Shown: piece after piece, positions 12,573 to 13,556 of the stretch
Layout: each line of letters opens with the position of its first letter
Position numbering within the stretch: position 1 is the first letter of the stretch
Assembly: GCA_964397725.1 (NCBI GenBank)
Contig: CAYNKB010000015.1
Location: 1-13,556 of the forward strand
Source: Candidatus Woesearchaeota archaeon
GTDB lineage: Archaea; Nanobdellota; Nanobdellia; Pacearchaeales; GW2011-AR1
Length of the DNA: 13,556 nucleotides
Direction of reading: 5' to 3'
Made by a program: the position numbers and the translations under genes
The notes under the pieces: generated by a model
The model's database searches: none
Told to the model about the DNA's origin: nothing
What the model saw: the letters and a program-made list of their open reading frames with translations, nothing else

Positions 12573-13556
12573 TTATTTGAAATCTGATAGTTTTGGCGTT
12601 TTATTTTTCAATTCTCTTTTTGCATCATCAATGTTTTTGTGCATCTTTTTTTCACGAGCTGAAGAAGCATAATGGTGGGCAATGTCTCTGGTGTCTTTTG
12701 TCATAAGAATAAAGAGTTTTCCAGGCGAGAGGCGGGCTGTTCGCCCTGCGCGCTGGATTTTTCTTATGGCGCTTGGAATCGGCTCATAGAAAATAACTGC
12801 CGAGACTTCAGGAATATCAAGACCTTCTTCTCCTATAGATGTTGCACATAATACATTTAATTCTCCAGTTCTAAATTTATCTATAATTGACTTTTGTTCT
12901 TTTTGATTTAAGCCAGAAGTACCGCGGGAATTTGATTTTTTTGCTTGCCCCACAAAAATAGAAGATTTAACATAAGAAAGAGAGCTAAGTCTTTCAGATA
13001 TTGTCGAGGCTGTTTCCCTAAACTGGGAGAAGATTATAATCTTGGCTTTGGGGTTTTCTTTGAATTCTGATTCTACTAAAGCTGAGAGTTCGTCTATTTT
13101 TGGATGCTCTATTTTTTTTGCTTTTAGCAGAGAGATTGATATTAAAGATGCATTGAATTCGGGAGTTTTTACAAGAGTTTGGACAGCTTTTGATTTTTTT
13201 TGCTCTGCATCCTTTATCATTTTTTTTAGATATTCTTCCAGGCCGGAGAGGGTTTGGGTTTCTAATAATTCCAGGGCGTGCGAAATTTTTATTGCCTGGG
13301 CGCAGAGAGACATTCCTTGAAAGGCATTGTAGTTTTGAGAAGAGGCTTGCATTGCGAGGCGGGCTTGTAGTTTTAATAATGTAATTTTGTTTGCAGGGCC
13401 AAACAAAAGGCTTTTCTCGCGAAGTTTATTTATACAGGAGTCAAATATTCTTTTTAGAAGAATACGGATTTCCATAAATTCGGCTGGAAATGGAACTTCT
13501 ATCTTTTGAAATTCGCGCTCTTTTAAGTATGGCTTTACATCTGGAGAATCGCGGGT
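12573..13556 (-). CDS. Hef/FANCM-like SF2 helicase, C-terminal part (5' end lies beyond the window)
   Basis: The frame is open from the window edge (TRDSPDVKPYLKEREFQKIEVPFPAEFMEIRILLKR...), so the track's M at 13475 is internal. There is a helical insertion domain followed by the second RecA domain: KIIIFSQFRETA, SGLNQKEQKSIIDKFRTGELNVLCATSIGEEGLDIPEVSAVIFYEP (motifs IV-V) and QRAGRTAR (motif VI). The DVKPY...V.LP...E.R.LL segment resembles Pyrococcus Hef. Confidence 0.85.
   Translation of the reverse strand, partial: TRDSPDVKPYLKEREFQKIEVPFPAEFMEIRILLKRIFDSCINKLREKSLLFGPANKITLLKLQARLAMQASSQNYNAFQGMSLCAQAIKISHALELLETQTLSGLEEYLKKMIKDAEQKKSKAVQTLVKTPEFNASLISISLLKAKKIEHPKIDELSALVESEFKENPKAKIIIFSQFRETASTISERLSSLSYVKSSIFVGQAKKSNSRGTSGLNQKEQKSIIDKFRTGELNVLCATSIGEEGLDIPEVSAVIFYEPIPSAIRKIQRAGRTARLSPGKLFILMTKDTRDIAHHYASSAREKKMHKNIDDAKRELKNKTPKLSDFK

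Noticed and set aside
1-13556. CRISPR arrays, IS elements, integrases, terminal inverted repeats or target-site duplications flanking the vapBC insertion
   Set aside because: I found no regularly spaced repeats and no transposase- or integrase-like ORFs. The sequences flanking 11612 and 12572 share only short AT-rich strings (for example taatttt) that are not distinguishable from background.

Overview
This is an AT-rich, tightly packed window that reads as archaeal, and I infer a small-genome DPANN-type lineage. The evidence is an unmistakable archaeal-type TyrRS, Hef/XPF repair proteins, a DRG-family GTPase, and TATA-like octamers about 19-24 nt upstream of nearly every start codon with no Shine-Dalgarno sequence. 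I support 19 protein-coding genes. I found no rRNA, tRNA, CRISPR array, transposase or integrase.

The window splits into three parts:
- 41-5730: an accessory-looking block. It holds a short TctA/DUF112-like membrane ORF, then five co-oriented genes that all encode membrane or secreted proteins. Three of these are extremely cysteine-rich exported proteins of unknown function.
- 5773-10977: housekeeping genes. These are the ThpR/LigT 2H phosphoesterase, an M16 zinc peptidase, a shortened DRG/TGS GTPase, TyrRS and a few small hypothetical proteins.
- 10958-13556: a Hef-like repair locus that appears split. The SF2 helicase ORF runs off the 3' edge of the window. A stand-alone ERCC4/XPF nuclease ORF lies about 960 bp away. 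Between them sit a vapBC toxin-antitoxin pair and an oppositely oriented small membrane gene. vapB, vapC and the nuclease are packed as one operon behind a promoter that carries an elaborate palindromic operator.

The points most worth follow-up are the split Hef with the vapBC insertion, the disulfide-rich surface-protein island with a shared 10-Cys module and internal repeats, and the single shared TATA elements between divergent genes. All family assignments come from motif recognition by eye. No database search was run.
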